This document shows, piece by piece, positions 25,291-37,740 of a DNA stretch of 64,000 bases (positions are counted from its first letter, which is position 1; each line of letters begins with the position of its first letter). Below the pieces are notes generated by a model. That model was not told where the DNA came from. It searched no databases and saw only the letters and a list, made by a program, of their open reading frames with translations. Source of the DNA: Cenococcum geophilum (Eukaryota); assembly GCA_050273025.1 (NCBI GenBank), contig CP158636.1, positions 6,386,001 to 6,450,000 of the forward strand. Reading direction: 5' to 3'. The translations under genes and the position numbers were made by a program.

Positions 25291-25678
25291 TTAGTATTCG
25301 TCACGTATATTCTGCAGGTAGATACCGCCTACGTTTTTTTTTCTAACCAATAAGAAGCTAGCTTTCTAACCAATTAAAAGCTGGCTTGGTAGGGTTTGAA
25401 AATTTGAACACCTAAAAGTATAGACCACTCGTACCTCGGGTCAATTATGTACCTTTTCGCCTAAAATCGCGTGCGAAAGTACTTGGGGGTGGTCGCTGCG
25501 CGACCTCGTGCGGGGTTCGGGTGCGTTATTAGCAGGGGTAGCCCTAACCTCGTATTAACCCGGGTCGTAACCGCGCCAAATCAGCCCCCCCAATATGTAA
25601 TAGATACTTTATATCTTTAAGTTATTAATAAGAGATATAGTATCTCCTTATTTAATTTAGTTAATCTTATTATTTATT

Positions 25679-26330
25679 ATACCTAAGTAACCTCTTTCTA
25701 CCTAAGTATAATAACGTGCCCGCACTATTAATATAATATTATTACTTAGTAAGATTATATCTCGATATTCTTATTATATTAAAAAGGGGTTAGTTTATAT
25801 TATAATTATAGCTTCCTTTAGTTAATAACCTTTCTCTTACTTAGAGTATATAAGCAAACGTTCGTTCTTCCTATAATATTAATTTTATTTCTAACGCCAA
25901 ATATATACGCCCCGTTACCATTTATAGCCTTTAAATATTCTACTAAATTTACCTTAGGGTCTTAGGTTTAATCCGCCACTAAAAAGCTTAAGGGTAAACT
26001 ATAAGCTACTTATATTAAATTTTACTATTTTCCTAAAGAGTCTATAAGGATCCTTAAGGCTTAATAACGCGCTTTAGAGTCTTAGTAGATTACCTTTACC
26101 TATTTACGTTATTTAGAGAAGGTCTATAAGAAGGTTTATTCTAAGGAGTAGGAATTGGTTTAATAAGGTTTATAAAAGCTTAGTAATAAAAGAACGGATT
26201 CTCTTCTATTAAAGGCGGAAATAACTCTATATAGCTTAGTAGGTATTCTTCCTATATCCCCTTTAGATAATTTGTTTTTTACTAGTCCTTTTTTCTTAAT
26301 ACTACCTAACCTAATTTCTAGGAATACTCC
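25679..26330 (+). pseudogene. Gypsy-D antisense 3' ORF with a six-cysteine (Zn2Cys6-like) cluster
   Basis: De-RIPed ...GEIMPRCSRCVEKGLVCIAI....RQPSSCSECT..NVRSSCDV at ~25760-25880. Most Cys codons are inferred from TAT (TGT>TAT). Confidence 0.55.
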
Positions 26331-26571
26331 TTAACCTTTCTTATAGCGTTCTTTAAATTTTCCTTAAATTCTTAGGTAGTCCTAGTATAGCCTATCTATT
26401 TTACTTTATACTATAATTAATTATCAATCTCTTTATAACCTATAACTCTTTAAACTTCCTACTTATCTTTTTTTTAAACCTCTATATATATCTGCTTTAT
26501 AGGCTAGTAGTTTAATATTACTATATACTATATAGGGTGAATCTTTATTTTTAATACTAAGTCTAATTTAT

Positions 26572-29500
26572 TGTTAGGTGAAACCTAAGTAGATAGTTAT
26601 ATAGCCGCAAGGTACGGGCGACCCTGGGGTAACCTAGGGGTGACTCGCCCGTAAGGCACGTGCTTTACACATACCTAGGGAAAACCCTTCTTACCTCGCA
26701 CACAGACTCCTCCTTTTCCCTTAAGGATTCGTCTCTGTCTATACAATATACCCATTATTCTATTATTGGACTCCCTATCCACATCCTTACCTTACATTCA
26801 AATCCTTACCAATCCCCTTGGGAGGATAGCCGGTTTAATTTTTCTACAATGCCTCCGAAAAGAAAACCGACGCCTACACCCAATGGTAATACGCTGGCGA
26901 TACAACCGTAGAACGCCTTAGGATCTAGTGTAAACGAAACCGCTAGAAGCACACTAGCAGCATCTAAGCCATTCTCCGAATCCCAAAACAATTAGATATC
27001 TACGAACGCTAGAGACTAGTTTAACTTATATACCTGGGCTTAATAGGAGCTTAGTAAGGTTACTAGTGTCCTACCTAATACTGCTAATATAAAGGAGCTA
27101 GATAAGCTAGCTAAGAAAATAGCTAACTTATAGAGCATTATTGATTTAATAAAGCCCTCCTATTGCCTCTTTAGTAAAGAGTATAAGTTACATAGCGAAC
27201 ATATACGCTAATTAAATCTTAACGCCCTAGTTAAGAAGTCACTACCTAATATTAGCGGTACTACTTAATAGCATTTTAACCGGTGGATTGCCGCAGTTGA
27301 GAACTGATTTAAGGTTAATAACGCTAACTACGACTGTAAGCGACGCACGCGCTAGGCCATTAAAGGTCTTATAAAAGAGAAGACAATCGCCTAACTGGTT
27401 TATTGCCGGTTAGGCACCAAGGATAAGGGTCCCTTACTATGGGACGAATTTAAGACTATGGTCTAAGACTAGATTAGGAACCCTATAGTAAGACGCTTTA
27501 ACAACGCTATAATATACTATACGGCTATTATAAAGGAGAACTAGAGGTTTAACGTCTTCCTAGCCCGTATATATAGCTTAGAGGACCTCTTCTTATATAC
27601 CCCTTTTATTAATCCTAAATAATAGGTAAACTTCTAGTTCTTATATCTTCTAGCCTACCTATAAGCAGAGCTCTTCCGCTAAAACTTTGCCCAACGGGTG
27701 AGAACCGCTAAAGACCTCTTTGACGAAATCCGCTGTGTAGAGTAATTACTTAATACTATAAAGCTTATAGAAGATCGCGTAAGTAGTAGCGGTAAATTAT
27801 TATATATAAAGCGCGGTCGCAGCATAGGCTTTATAGACTTAGGCTTAGGGAACAGAACCTAAAAAGGGCAACGCTTTTCTAAGTAAACTCCTAGGGAGAC
27901 CACCTAAAAGCTAGATAGCTTAGGGGACCCCTTAAACGCTAGTGCTACGTAGGTAAGTTAAAGGACCGTAGGCGGCCACTATAAGGAACACTGGAAGCAG
28001 GCTAAAAAGAAGTTAGCTCGGGCTTTAGAAAACCTAAAGCCCTAGTAGCGCATCTCTCTTAACTATAACTAGGGCCTAATATAGAGGGAGAGAAGAAACG
28101 TATTGTGGTATATATTACAATAAATACGCCCTAGGGCGAAGTCCGCCTACATGCCTTATACAATAATAGGTGCTAAATTAACCTTATTAATTAAGACGTC
28201 GTCTATAGGTTTAACCTACCTATACGCTATACACTACGTTTACGTAAACCTATTATATGTTTCCTTAATAGCAACCAGATAATAATCTAGGATGCTTATA
28301 ATCTAATAGTTACCACTAGCGACTTCTAGGGTACCCCTCGCACCATCAGCCCGCAGACCTTTTAGGGCGGCTTATTTAATAGTTACGATATAGTTCTTAA
28401 ATAGGATTAGCTCGCAAAAGCAGATCTATTAATTAGCTTCCGTTCTAAACAGTTCGTCTAGGGTACTTTAGACCCTAGACGCCTCTAGATAGTCACCCTC
28501 AACGCTCTCCTAGTAGATATTAAGGCTAGCGAAATAGTCTATTTGCTATAGCTAAAAGACTCCTTCTTTACGCTAGTTATAAACATAATAGAGGACCTAT
28601 TATTACTGGCAGTAAGTACCCGTATAGACCCTCCGGACGTAGAGACACCGGTTATAAACATAGTAGAGGACCTGCCGTTACTAGCAGCGAGTACCTATAG
28701 AGACCCTCTGGTGCTAGCGCAGATCACCTATATATAAGGGGGAGGTGATTAAAACCCCGAAACTATTAAGTATACTATAGTAGAGCTATATACACTCTCT
28801 ATGCGAGTATACCTATAAAACGCATATCGGCTACACCCTTCTCTTCACTAGCTTCCGGAAGCACACTACTACACAATAATCGCTTTAACCTCCGTGGCCC
28901 CTAGCCTACTAAATATATATAAGGAGGAAATTAATGTCTTTTCTAACAAGCTAGTAAGCATACTACTATAGAACTCTAAGTATAACCATGCGATCGACTT
29001 AGAAGAAGGTAAAACGCCACTATAAATACCCCTCTATAACCTCTTATAGAAAGAGTTATAGATCTTACAAGAGTACCTGGATAGTGCTCTTAAAAAGGGC
29101 TGGATTAGGCCCAGCAAGTCGCCTACTAGAGCGCCCATCCTCTTTATACTAAAAGTAGACGGTATAATGCGGCTATACGTCGACTACAGACACCTAAATA
29201 AGATCACGATTAAAAATCGGTACCCCCTACCGCTGGTTAACGAACTTTTTAATAGGCTTAGCTATGCGAAGATATTTATAAAGCTGGATCTTCATAATGC
29301 GTACTATAGGATTTATATTAAAAAGGGAGACGAATAAAAGACCGCATTTAAGACACGCTATAGTCACTTTAAGTACCTAGTAATGCCCTTTAGTCTTACT
29401 AACGCCCCTATAACTTTTTAGAGCTATATTTATAAAGCTCTAGGAACCCTAGTGGATACTATCTATATAGTCTACCTAGATAATATTTTTATCTACTTAA

Positions 29501-32500
29501 ATAATAAGGATAAGTACATTAAGCACGTTAAGCAGGTACTGCGACAGCTCCGCGCTTGGGGCCTATACACTAAACTGTTAAAATGCATCTTTTATACTAA
29601 GAACGTTAAGTTTCTAGGCTTTATTATTACCCTTAGGGGTATTATAATGGACCCTAACTACGTAAAAGCTATTAAGGAATGGCCTAAGCCTAAGTTCTAT
29701 AGGGATATCTAGGTCTTCCTTAGCTTTACTAACTTCTATAGGCGATTTATCTAGAACTACTCGGATACTGTATACCCCCTACACGCATATCTTGCATAGG
29801 CACATTATAACCCGACGTTAGATAGGGAGAAGAAGAGGAAGTATAAGTTAAAAGGGCCTACTAAATGGTATTAACCCTAGTCCTAGCCTGATGACGTGTA
29901 GTAGGCGTTCTATAAGCTACACGCTGCGTTTATATAGGCTCCTCTACTTCACCACTTTAACCCTAATCTACCCTTAATAGTAATTACTAACGCTTCCAAC
30001 TATGCCTATAGCGGTATACTTCTACAGCCTTTAGGGTAGAGAGATTAACTCTACTAGCATCTAATTGCTTATTATAGTTAGAAGCTTACTAGCCCAGAAA
30101 TACGGTATAATACGTATAATAAAGAACTACTCGCTATAGTATAATGCTTTAAGACGTGGCGCTATTACTTTAAATACGCCGCGTATATAACGCGCATGCT
30201 CTGCAATTATAACAATCTCCAATACTTTATAACTACTAAGAGCTTATCTACTCACTAGGCCTAGTACGCTAAGGAACTAGCTAAGTTTAATTTTAAGATT
30301 AAATATAAGCCAGGCAAGATAAATCCTGCTAATATACTATCTTGGCGCCCGGATTATACTAAAGGCTTTAAAGATAGCAGTAAAAGAATACTCCTTAATA
30401 CCATACTGCCTATATTACAGTAAAAGTTATAGGTTATAGGCCTTATAGGCGGCCCTAGTGCTATTATACTATACTAGTAAGTAGTATGCGTGTAGTATGC
30501 GAGCGACCCTTATAAACTTAGCGCCGGCGGACTAGAGTATCCTACTATTTTCTTTAAGACCACTTTAACCGGCCTAATGGCGCTTAACCCTAGGGAAGAC
30601 CCCTTAGCCTAGGCTATGGTCCCCTGCGATGACCTAGTGAGTTACCTACATATTATACGTTACTTCGCTAGTACCGACTTTGCGCAGAGTCTCGTACTAT
30701 AGTAAGAAGTAGTAGTAGCTACTTTAGCTAAAACAGCGTTTATAGAACAACCCCCTAAGTCACTAGTTAATTTTATTTATAGAGTATAAAAAAGGGACGC
30801 CTTTATACGCTCTATATATAATTAGTTAACCTAAAAACAAGTTCCCGCCGGTAATAAGGACTATACCCTTAATAATTAAGGACTTTTAAGGTAAAATAAT
30901 AAGGTCTAGGTGCTAAATTGCACACTACTATAACAGGAGATCCTTAAGCGAAATTATAACGATCCTATAGGCGGCTACTATGGTTTTAACTGTACCTTTA
31001 AGGTAATTACGCGGAAGTATACTTAGAACGGCCTTACCTAGGACCTCCACAAATACCTAGATAATTATAATGCCTACTAACGCTCTAAATCGCGCCGCTA
31101 TAAACCCTATAGTAAGCTACAGCCTCTTTAGGCCCCCACCCAAGCCTAGCGGCATTATTTACTTAACTTTATTATAGATCTCCTAGAGTCTAAGACTCCT
31201 AATAGCGTAGAGTATAACTCCGTCCTTATCCTTATAGACCGTTTTATAAAGCTAGTACGCTACTATCTAGTGCGTAAGATAATTAATGCTACGCAACTCG
31301 TAGAACTCTTATTTAGAGTCTTTGTATAAATAGGGCCTTTAGATAATATTGTCTCTAATAGGGGTAGTATATTTATAAGCGAGTATTAGAGCACTATATG
31401 CTACTATCTTCGCGTTTAATGTAAACTTAGTATTATATTTTACCCGCAGATAAATAGGTAGATGGAGCGTTAGAACTAGGAGCTTAAGGCATACCTATAT
31501 ATATTTACAAACTAGGAACAGTCTAATTAGGCCTCCCTACTTAAAGAAGTAGCCTTTGCCTATAACTCTAAGGTCTATACTATAATAAAGCGTTTCCCTA
31601 TTAAGCTCGCCTATAGCTAGCTACTAAACGTCCCAGATAGAGTCCTAGATAGTATCTAAGACGCCTAGTAAGGTAGGGAAGGGTCTAAGTTAACAAATGT
31701 CCAACTCGCAAAGACGTACCTACAACGCCTACACCTTATACGTGAGGCAGCGGTAGCGTCGATAATGCACGCCTAAAAGCTTTAGGTAAAATACTATAAT
31801 CATCACCATCTGGCCAAGCATTTCGCCGTCGGTAAATAAGTCCTACTCTCCTTTAAGAATATCCGCACGAAACGTCCTTATAAAAAGCTTGACTATAAGT
31901 TTATAGGACCGTTTTAGATCCTAGAGCGCGTAGGGCAGTAAGTATATAAGCTAGAGCTCTTACCTACTATAGTACGGCTCCACCTAGTCTTCTATATCTC
32001 CCTACTAGAGCCTTACAGGTCACGCCCTAGGTTTTAACCCCTAGCAGTAGAAGAGCTTAAGGAAGGCAGCTAGGAAGTAGAAGTAATCATCACCTACTAG
32101 GATCGTGCTAAATAACCATAGTACCTTATTAAATAGCTAGGATGGCTAAATAAGTATAATAAATGGAAATATAAGATAGAACTTAAGAATTGTTAATAAC
32201 TGCTAGATAAGTACCGTAAGCAGGACACCCTAGCCTTATAGCTAAAGCGTAGGCGAAAAGTAAGCGCCGCTATTAAAATATAACCTATATTAAAGTGGAG
32301 CAGAGGACGTCCTAAGGGATTAAAGAATAAGTAACGACTGCTATAAGAACTGCGGCGTACGTATAGGGTAAAGTTTTAATTTATTAATATCCTATGCCCG
32401 TTTATAACTAGGGTCTATTTAACCAGGGTCTATAACCTACTAGTAACCCGCTAGTAGTAACCTATACTAATAACTTATACTATTCTATGTATATACTACA

Positions 32501-33340
32501 CAGATAACGTATAAGGCTAAAGCATAGGTTAGCGGCGGATTTAATAGGTATATAGCCTTGCCGTTCTAAACCTAGCTATATATAAGTAACCTATAAACCT
32601 ACCCGCGAAGTATATACGGCGCTATACCGGTATAGCGTAAGGCTAAAGTAGGGTTAGTGGCGGGTTTAATAGGTATATAGCCTTACCGTCTATAAATCTG
32701 GCTGTATATAAATAACCTATAACCGACCCGCGAGGTACTAGCGACCTGCCTATATAAGCAAGCTTTTAGAATATTTCTGGTCTACTAAATTCAGGCGACG
32801 GTATTAAGCTCCACTAGCTCTACCTATTAAATAGACCAATTAGGATTTTCTATACCGGGTATATAAAATTACTACTAGCTCGGTTAAATGCGGGGGAGTC
32901 TTAGCAAGGCAAATCTAACCAATTAGATAACTTTAACCGCCGGTCGAAGTTCCTTAACATCTTCGCCGCGTATATATACTACCCGTCTCTCTATACGCAA
33001 AATTAAGACACTCTTTCCCCTCTAAATTTTTTCCTTACTAAGGTTTTTTATGGGGTTTTATTAAGGCTTAAGTATATAAAGGATTGGGGACAACCCTTTT
33101 TAAAGGGGGGGGCATTATTAGGTAAAACCTAAGTAGATAGTTATATAGCCGCAAGGTATAGGCGACCCTAAAACAACCTAGGGGTAACTCGCCCATAAGG
33201 CACGTGCTCTACACATACCTAGGGAAAACCCTTCCTACCTCGCATACAGACTCCTCCTTTTCCCTTAAGGATTCGTCTCTGTCTATATAATATACCCATT
33301 ATTCTATCATTGGACTCCCTATCCATATCCTTACCTCACA
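26572..33340 (+). mobile_element. Gypsy-B copy 2 (full length, RIPed)
   Basis: LTRs at 26572-26796 and 33116-33340, TSD TTTAT, RT fragment ORF 29452-29712, collinear with copy 1. Confidence 0.95.
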
Positions 33341-33492
33341 TTTATATATAACTAGTAAAATCGTCTATACTAAAATTAGAGGTTCTAGGTATAACATACC
33401 TAAGAGGTTAGATAAGAGCTAGAGAGCTATTAATAGGATAAACGCAAGCTAGAATAGAAAGAGAGTAAGGTACTCCTCTAGTAGAGCAAAGT

Positions 33493-33737
33493 TGTAACCG
33501 ACTACCGACACTGTGCTGAGACACAAGATCACCGCTTGGAAGGCTCCAAGACAGCGTCAACGCCACCCTATATATTGATTGCAGATCAATATTGCTTGAA
33601 GATCAATGTTCCCATTTTAGTTACCTATTACCCTTTTATGTCTTATTACCTCCACCTTCTTCGTGTATATATAGAGGCTTTAGAGCTACATTCACAATCA
33701 AGTCGTTTATGCAATTCCTCACACTGCAAAGCTTACA
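33493..33737. mobile_element. Solo LTR, 245 bp, little RIP
   Basis: TGTAAC...CTTACA termini, TSD AAAGT. Confidence 0.85.
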
Positions 33738-34138
33738 AAAGTACTTATATAGGTTAAAAAATTAACGCTACTATTAAAAAGTTTAATTACCTTAAAGGTC
33801 TAAGGAAAAGACTAAAGGAAGATTAGCTAGAATTCTAGGAGTAAATTAAGGTATAGTAGGCTGTAAAAGAGTATTTATAATTTAGAAGGAAACGATACCT
33901 AGGCCATAGAACGCTAGTAAGAAAGGTTACTAATAGGCTAAGGGTAGGCACGCTAAGCGTAAAATAGCTTATAGAACTAGAGTAGGAGGAATATCTTAAT
34001 ATACTACCTAGATTTAAAGAGCGATATATAAAAGGCTATTATAAAGCAGTAATAAAGCGCTATTTTATTAAAGTACCCTATACGCTTATGTAAGAGAATA
34101 ATAAATAGGAAAGCTTTTATAAATAGATAGATAAGAAT

Positions 34139-34267
34139 TGTTAGGTGACGAAGTTACCTCGCCTATATATGTTGTTCCGCACAGCCGTGCCTGGCATCTT
34201 GCCAGTCACTCGCTTACCTTTTGGGGTTTGTGCTGTCGCTGGGTGGTGCGGAGCCTGTCACCTCACA
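34139..34267. mobile_element. Mini solo LTR, 129 bp, with Gypsy-B-like termini
   Basis: TGTTAGGTGA...TCACCTCACA termini, TSD AGAAT. Confidence 0.8.
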
Positions 34268-34501
34268 AGAATATTATATAGGATATATTAAAGGAGCCTT
34301 AATAATAACTTCTAAAGACCTTAAGGAGTAAGCAGAGAATTAGTAAAGTAATTAGCGAATTATAATCCTAACTACGGAAGTAATATTACTAGCCTGCGGC
34401 CGCTCATCCTTTCTCCACCATTTCTTTTCATCTCTCAACACACCATCTCTTGGCCGCCTTCGCTGCATCCTTCTACCTGCCTATTTCCTACCGTTACGGC
34501 C

Positions 34502-34960
34502 ATGGCCTTCTCTTTTAATAATCGCCAACGCCGAGTTTTACCGCATGTCATCAAAGCCCTTCAACGGTTAGAAGAAGATCCAGAGCAGCTTAGCCTTAAG
34601 AGAGCCTAGCGTTACAGCGATCCTCCACACCTATCCATTGTCAGGCGAGACGAAGCAGCCTGATAGCCCTGCAGAAGCTTCCGTTGTTAACGAGTCGGCA
34701 CAACGAGCCCAGCTTAACTTGGCCATCCTCCAGTCGACGCCGCGCGAACGGTTCGGAAGCCAGGTCGATAGAGAGAGAGAACGGATCATATACCAGTACC
34801 AGAATGAGCGCTACGGGCGGAGGTAGACGCTGCCCTTCGACGATACACTTGACCTTCGAACGAATGCTGAGAACAACGTCCGGACCCGTTGGGTAGAACA
34901 AGGCATCTGAAAGGAGGAATGGGGCCCAGCCTGACCGAAGGGAGCCCAGGTCAAGCATCA
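34502..34960 (+). pseudogene. Degenerate fungal hypothetical protein fragment
   Basis: MAFSFNNRQRR... then STPRERFGSQVDRERERI...AENNVRTRWVEQGI*KEEWG, with stops and frameshifts. Confidence 0.45.
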
Positions 34961-35168
34961 CCACTTCTCTACATCTCTACCTTGTGCTCTAAGTACTGGC
35001 CATTTCTTCAGCTTTACTGATAGATGCTCCTCTCTTGCGACCCTCGCCGTTTCTCAGTATTATATTTCACCATTAGCACTTGTCGTAGTTTGGGCATTTG
35101 CAAACTGCACTTCACAGCAGTGCTAACAGCCTTCTCACAGAATACAGCCTCTCTTATTCACTGGCCGC

Positions 35169-35872
35169 CATGGCCACCGCTGTTCCTGACACAGTTACCC
35201 CTTCTTGGCCCAAGAACACCAACTATCCCTCGCTTTCTATTCCCGAGAATGACCCGTTTGCTGCGGCTCCTGCCTTTCCTCCTCCTACCCGCGGCATCCA
35301 TATCGCGAGTGGCTTCTACGTCGATGCAACGCTCTCTGACGATCAGGATCACTGGGTTAAACGTGCCGAAACTTTATATGTCTGGGCTCGCTTGGATACC
35401 AGCACTTACCCTCCGTCTTGTGGATTCTCGTAGTTTCTATCACCACTACTCAAAGATTCTCACTTGCCGGTGCTCCTGTCAATACAGCTTCTCGAGCCGG
35501 ATCTGCTTGTTGGTACCCTTTTGCGACCTTCCAAAGCTCCATCTGGCCTGGTATTGGCGTACGGCTTCTTCCTGCCCAACAATTTCATATCCTTAAAAGC
35601 GCGCGCGGAGCTCATTGCTGCTTCAATGCTACTACCACTGTGGAGAATCATCCGAATCTCCTTATCCAATGCCGTATTACGCGCTGGACTCCTAATCGTC
35701 AAGGCATTATCGATTGCTAGGATCAGGAGCGGAATGCAAATTTCCCGCAACTAACTCAGCATTCTCTTCAATTGGACGCCGAGTGGAAGGAGTGGGTTGC
35801 TAGGACTCGGCTCGAGTTCTTGGAGGAGGACGCGAATGATGAGGACAATGATGGCAACAGGGATAATGAATA
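35169..35872 (+). pseudogene. Degenerate hypothetical gene
   Basis: MATAVPDT... reading continues across a stop and a frameshift to an acidic C-terminus (EFLEEDANDEDND). Confidence 0.35.
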
Positions 35873-36129
35873 GATTGTAAGTTATTCTCGCTTTGCCATT
35901 TACTCTTTTACTTACGCATAAGAGACTTAGCTGGCCGCCGGAAGTATAAATGACATAGAAAAGTCAAGGACGTTTATATAGTCGAAACTAAATCCAGTCC
36001 CCTCAACTAACACTAAACAATGATTTTGTAAGACATTTCACCACTGTTCCCACTTAATTCTCATCAAATGTATGCAGGCTCGGGGAGTACAAACTCAAGA
36101 CCTCAATGACTAACCACAAGTCATTTTGC

Positions 36130-36952
36130 TTATAGATGCGCTCTATCAATAATATCCTTATCTAAAAAGATCGCCTGGTCTTCGTGGTACCTCTATTCCT
36201 TTTCTTGATCAGATTGAGGTTTCCGACGTGGGCAGTGTCTGCCACATGCGTTGTCCAGAGGTCGGCGTTGTGCTTCTCAGGGAGTCGCTTTTACCCTCCT
36301 CTTCCCCTTTGAGCTCTGTGTGTCGTCATAGTACGACATAACCATCTTCCAGAACCAGGCAGTACGTGCTGAGTCGGCCGCAGCGATGTTGAATCGGTCA
36401 ACAGGCCAAGGTTTAGGACGACAAAAGAGCGATTGCGAAGGCAACAACGACGATGAATCAGATGATAGTGACGGTTTCACAGCGCGTCTGCAGGCAGAGG
36501 AATTGGCGGTGGGGTGCATGGTAGTGAGGACCGGCATAGGAAGCGGCACGGCTGAAGCGCATTTCTGGACTGGCACGGCAGGAGTCAAGTTTGGGTCCCC
36601 TAATGTACCGGTCATCACGAAACACCAACAGCAATTGGGATGGAGTGGAGGCCGCCCGATTGATGAACTCTTTCGTCGTATGGAGGATGTTAACCGAACC
36701 GTGTCTGTGCAGATACCATCTCGTAACTCAACACTCGAGTCGTTTGAGAGTCAGAAGCTTACCGAAATTCAAGCACGGTTTCTCGAAAACAGCGGTACAG
36801 ATGATCCTTTGAATATTCTCGACTTGCGAAGTCCGCTTCCTCCGTCCATTCTACCAAACTTCCTAACGGGAGAGAATCGTCAACTTCTCCCTCGAATACG
36901 CGATGCGGTGGTGGTCAAGGTGGCAACAAAGAGGATGCGGAAAAGCTGCTGA
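36130..36952 (+). pseudogene. Truncated fragment of a TE-associated, possibly JmjC-like fungal protein
   Basis: ORF 36386-36952 contains VSVQIPS...RFL...DPLNILDLRSPLPPSILPNFLTGEN, recalled as the region upstream of a JmjC-like domain. The downstream part is missing. Confidence 0.4.
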
Positions 36953-36959
36953 GATTGGA

Positions 36960-37740
36960 CAACGTGACATTTGGAGGAGGTGCAATCATAGTGTCGCCGT
37001 TTGAAGAGCGACGCACACCGGTGGCATGCTTCAAATGTAGGAGGTTCGGACACAGCCAGAGACTGTATGCCGCCAGAAAGGTGCGATATGTGTGGCCAGG
37101 AAGGTCATCTCCGTTGCGAGACCATTAACCTGCGATGCGCGAACTGCCAGGGTCCTCATAGAGCCTCGCACCGCGAATGCTCGGAATACAAGAGAGAGGA
37201 CAAGACTCTCGCATGCCAACATCATGGATAGAGAACTTCGGATCCTTCAGGCGAACTTGAAGAAGAGCAGGGAGGCCCAACACGCGCTGCACAACGATAC
37301 GGCGCTCGCAGACTTTCACTTTATCCTAGGCTAGGAGCCCAGTTGCTTTCCTTCGGATGGAGAGGCGGTGCTACCTGGCACGAACCCACGGTGGACGAGG
37401 TTCGTCCCAGCAGGCAGGAAGCCAGGTCGGTACCTGGTCAGATATCCAGCGGTGGGCGCATGTTGGCCAAAGAAGACTCATGATTGTGTCGTTGTACATC
37501 CCAGACCTATGTTCGAGGAGGACCAAGGAAGAGAACTTGGAGACGCTCATCAGCCGGCTGGAGATGGTCAAAGGAATGGTCCAAAGCGAGCTTCTGCGTG
37601 ACCTGTGCATGGAAGCAGTGATTGCCGGCGACTTCAATCGACATAATTCACTGTGTGGGGGGGAAGTCGCATCAGCAGCGCGTCGAAGCAGGAAGAGAGT
37701 GCACTCATCATCGATTTCATAACGGAATTATCACTCTAGA
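36960..37740 (+). mobile_element. Tad1-like LINE fragment (ORF1 zinc knuckles + APE endonuclease start)
   Basis: CDMCGQEGH..C and CANCQGPH.ASHREC, followed by MDRELRILQANL.KS...EP and IAGDFNRH. Stops and deletions present. Confidence 0.8.

Larger units (their letters stand above)
13894..25592. mobile_element. Composite Crypton-type tyrosine recombinase + Helitron-like Rep-helicase element (~11.7 kb)
   Basis: Interrupts Gypsy-D between its PPT and its 3' antisense ORF. ATAT direct repeat at 13890-13893 and 25593-25596. GC-rich imperfect inverted termini (atattggagg / atattggggg). Two convergent genes. Confidence 0.7.
13521..34390 (-). mobile_element. Ty3/Gypsy chromovirus family D, 5'-truncated host of nested insertions
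   Basis: 3' LTR 13521-13856 adjoins a minus-strand PPT (ctatctctcctctc, 13857-13870). Chromodomain on the minus strand at ~26340-26480 (WEV..W.VKWTGY..TWE..ENLKNA). Integrase C-terminus continues at 33341-34390 across the inserted elements. Confidence 0.7.

Noticed and set aside
26660..26911. ORFs at 26660 and 52837 read through LTRs
   Set aside because: Chance open frames in LTR sequence. Only the tail of the first coincides with the gag start.
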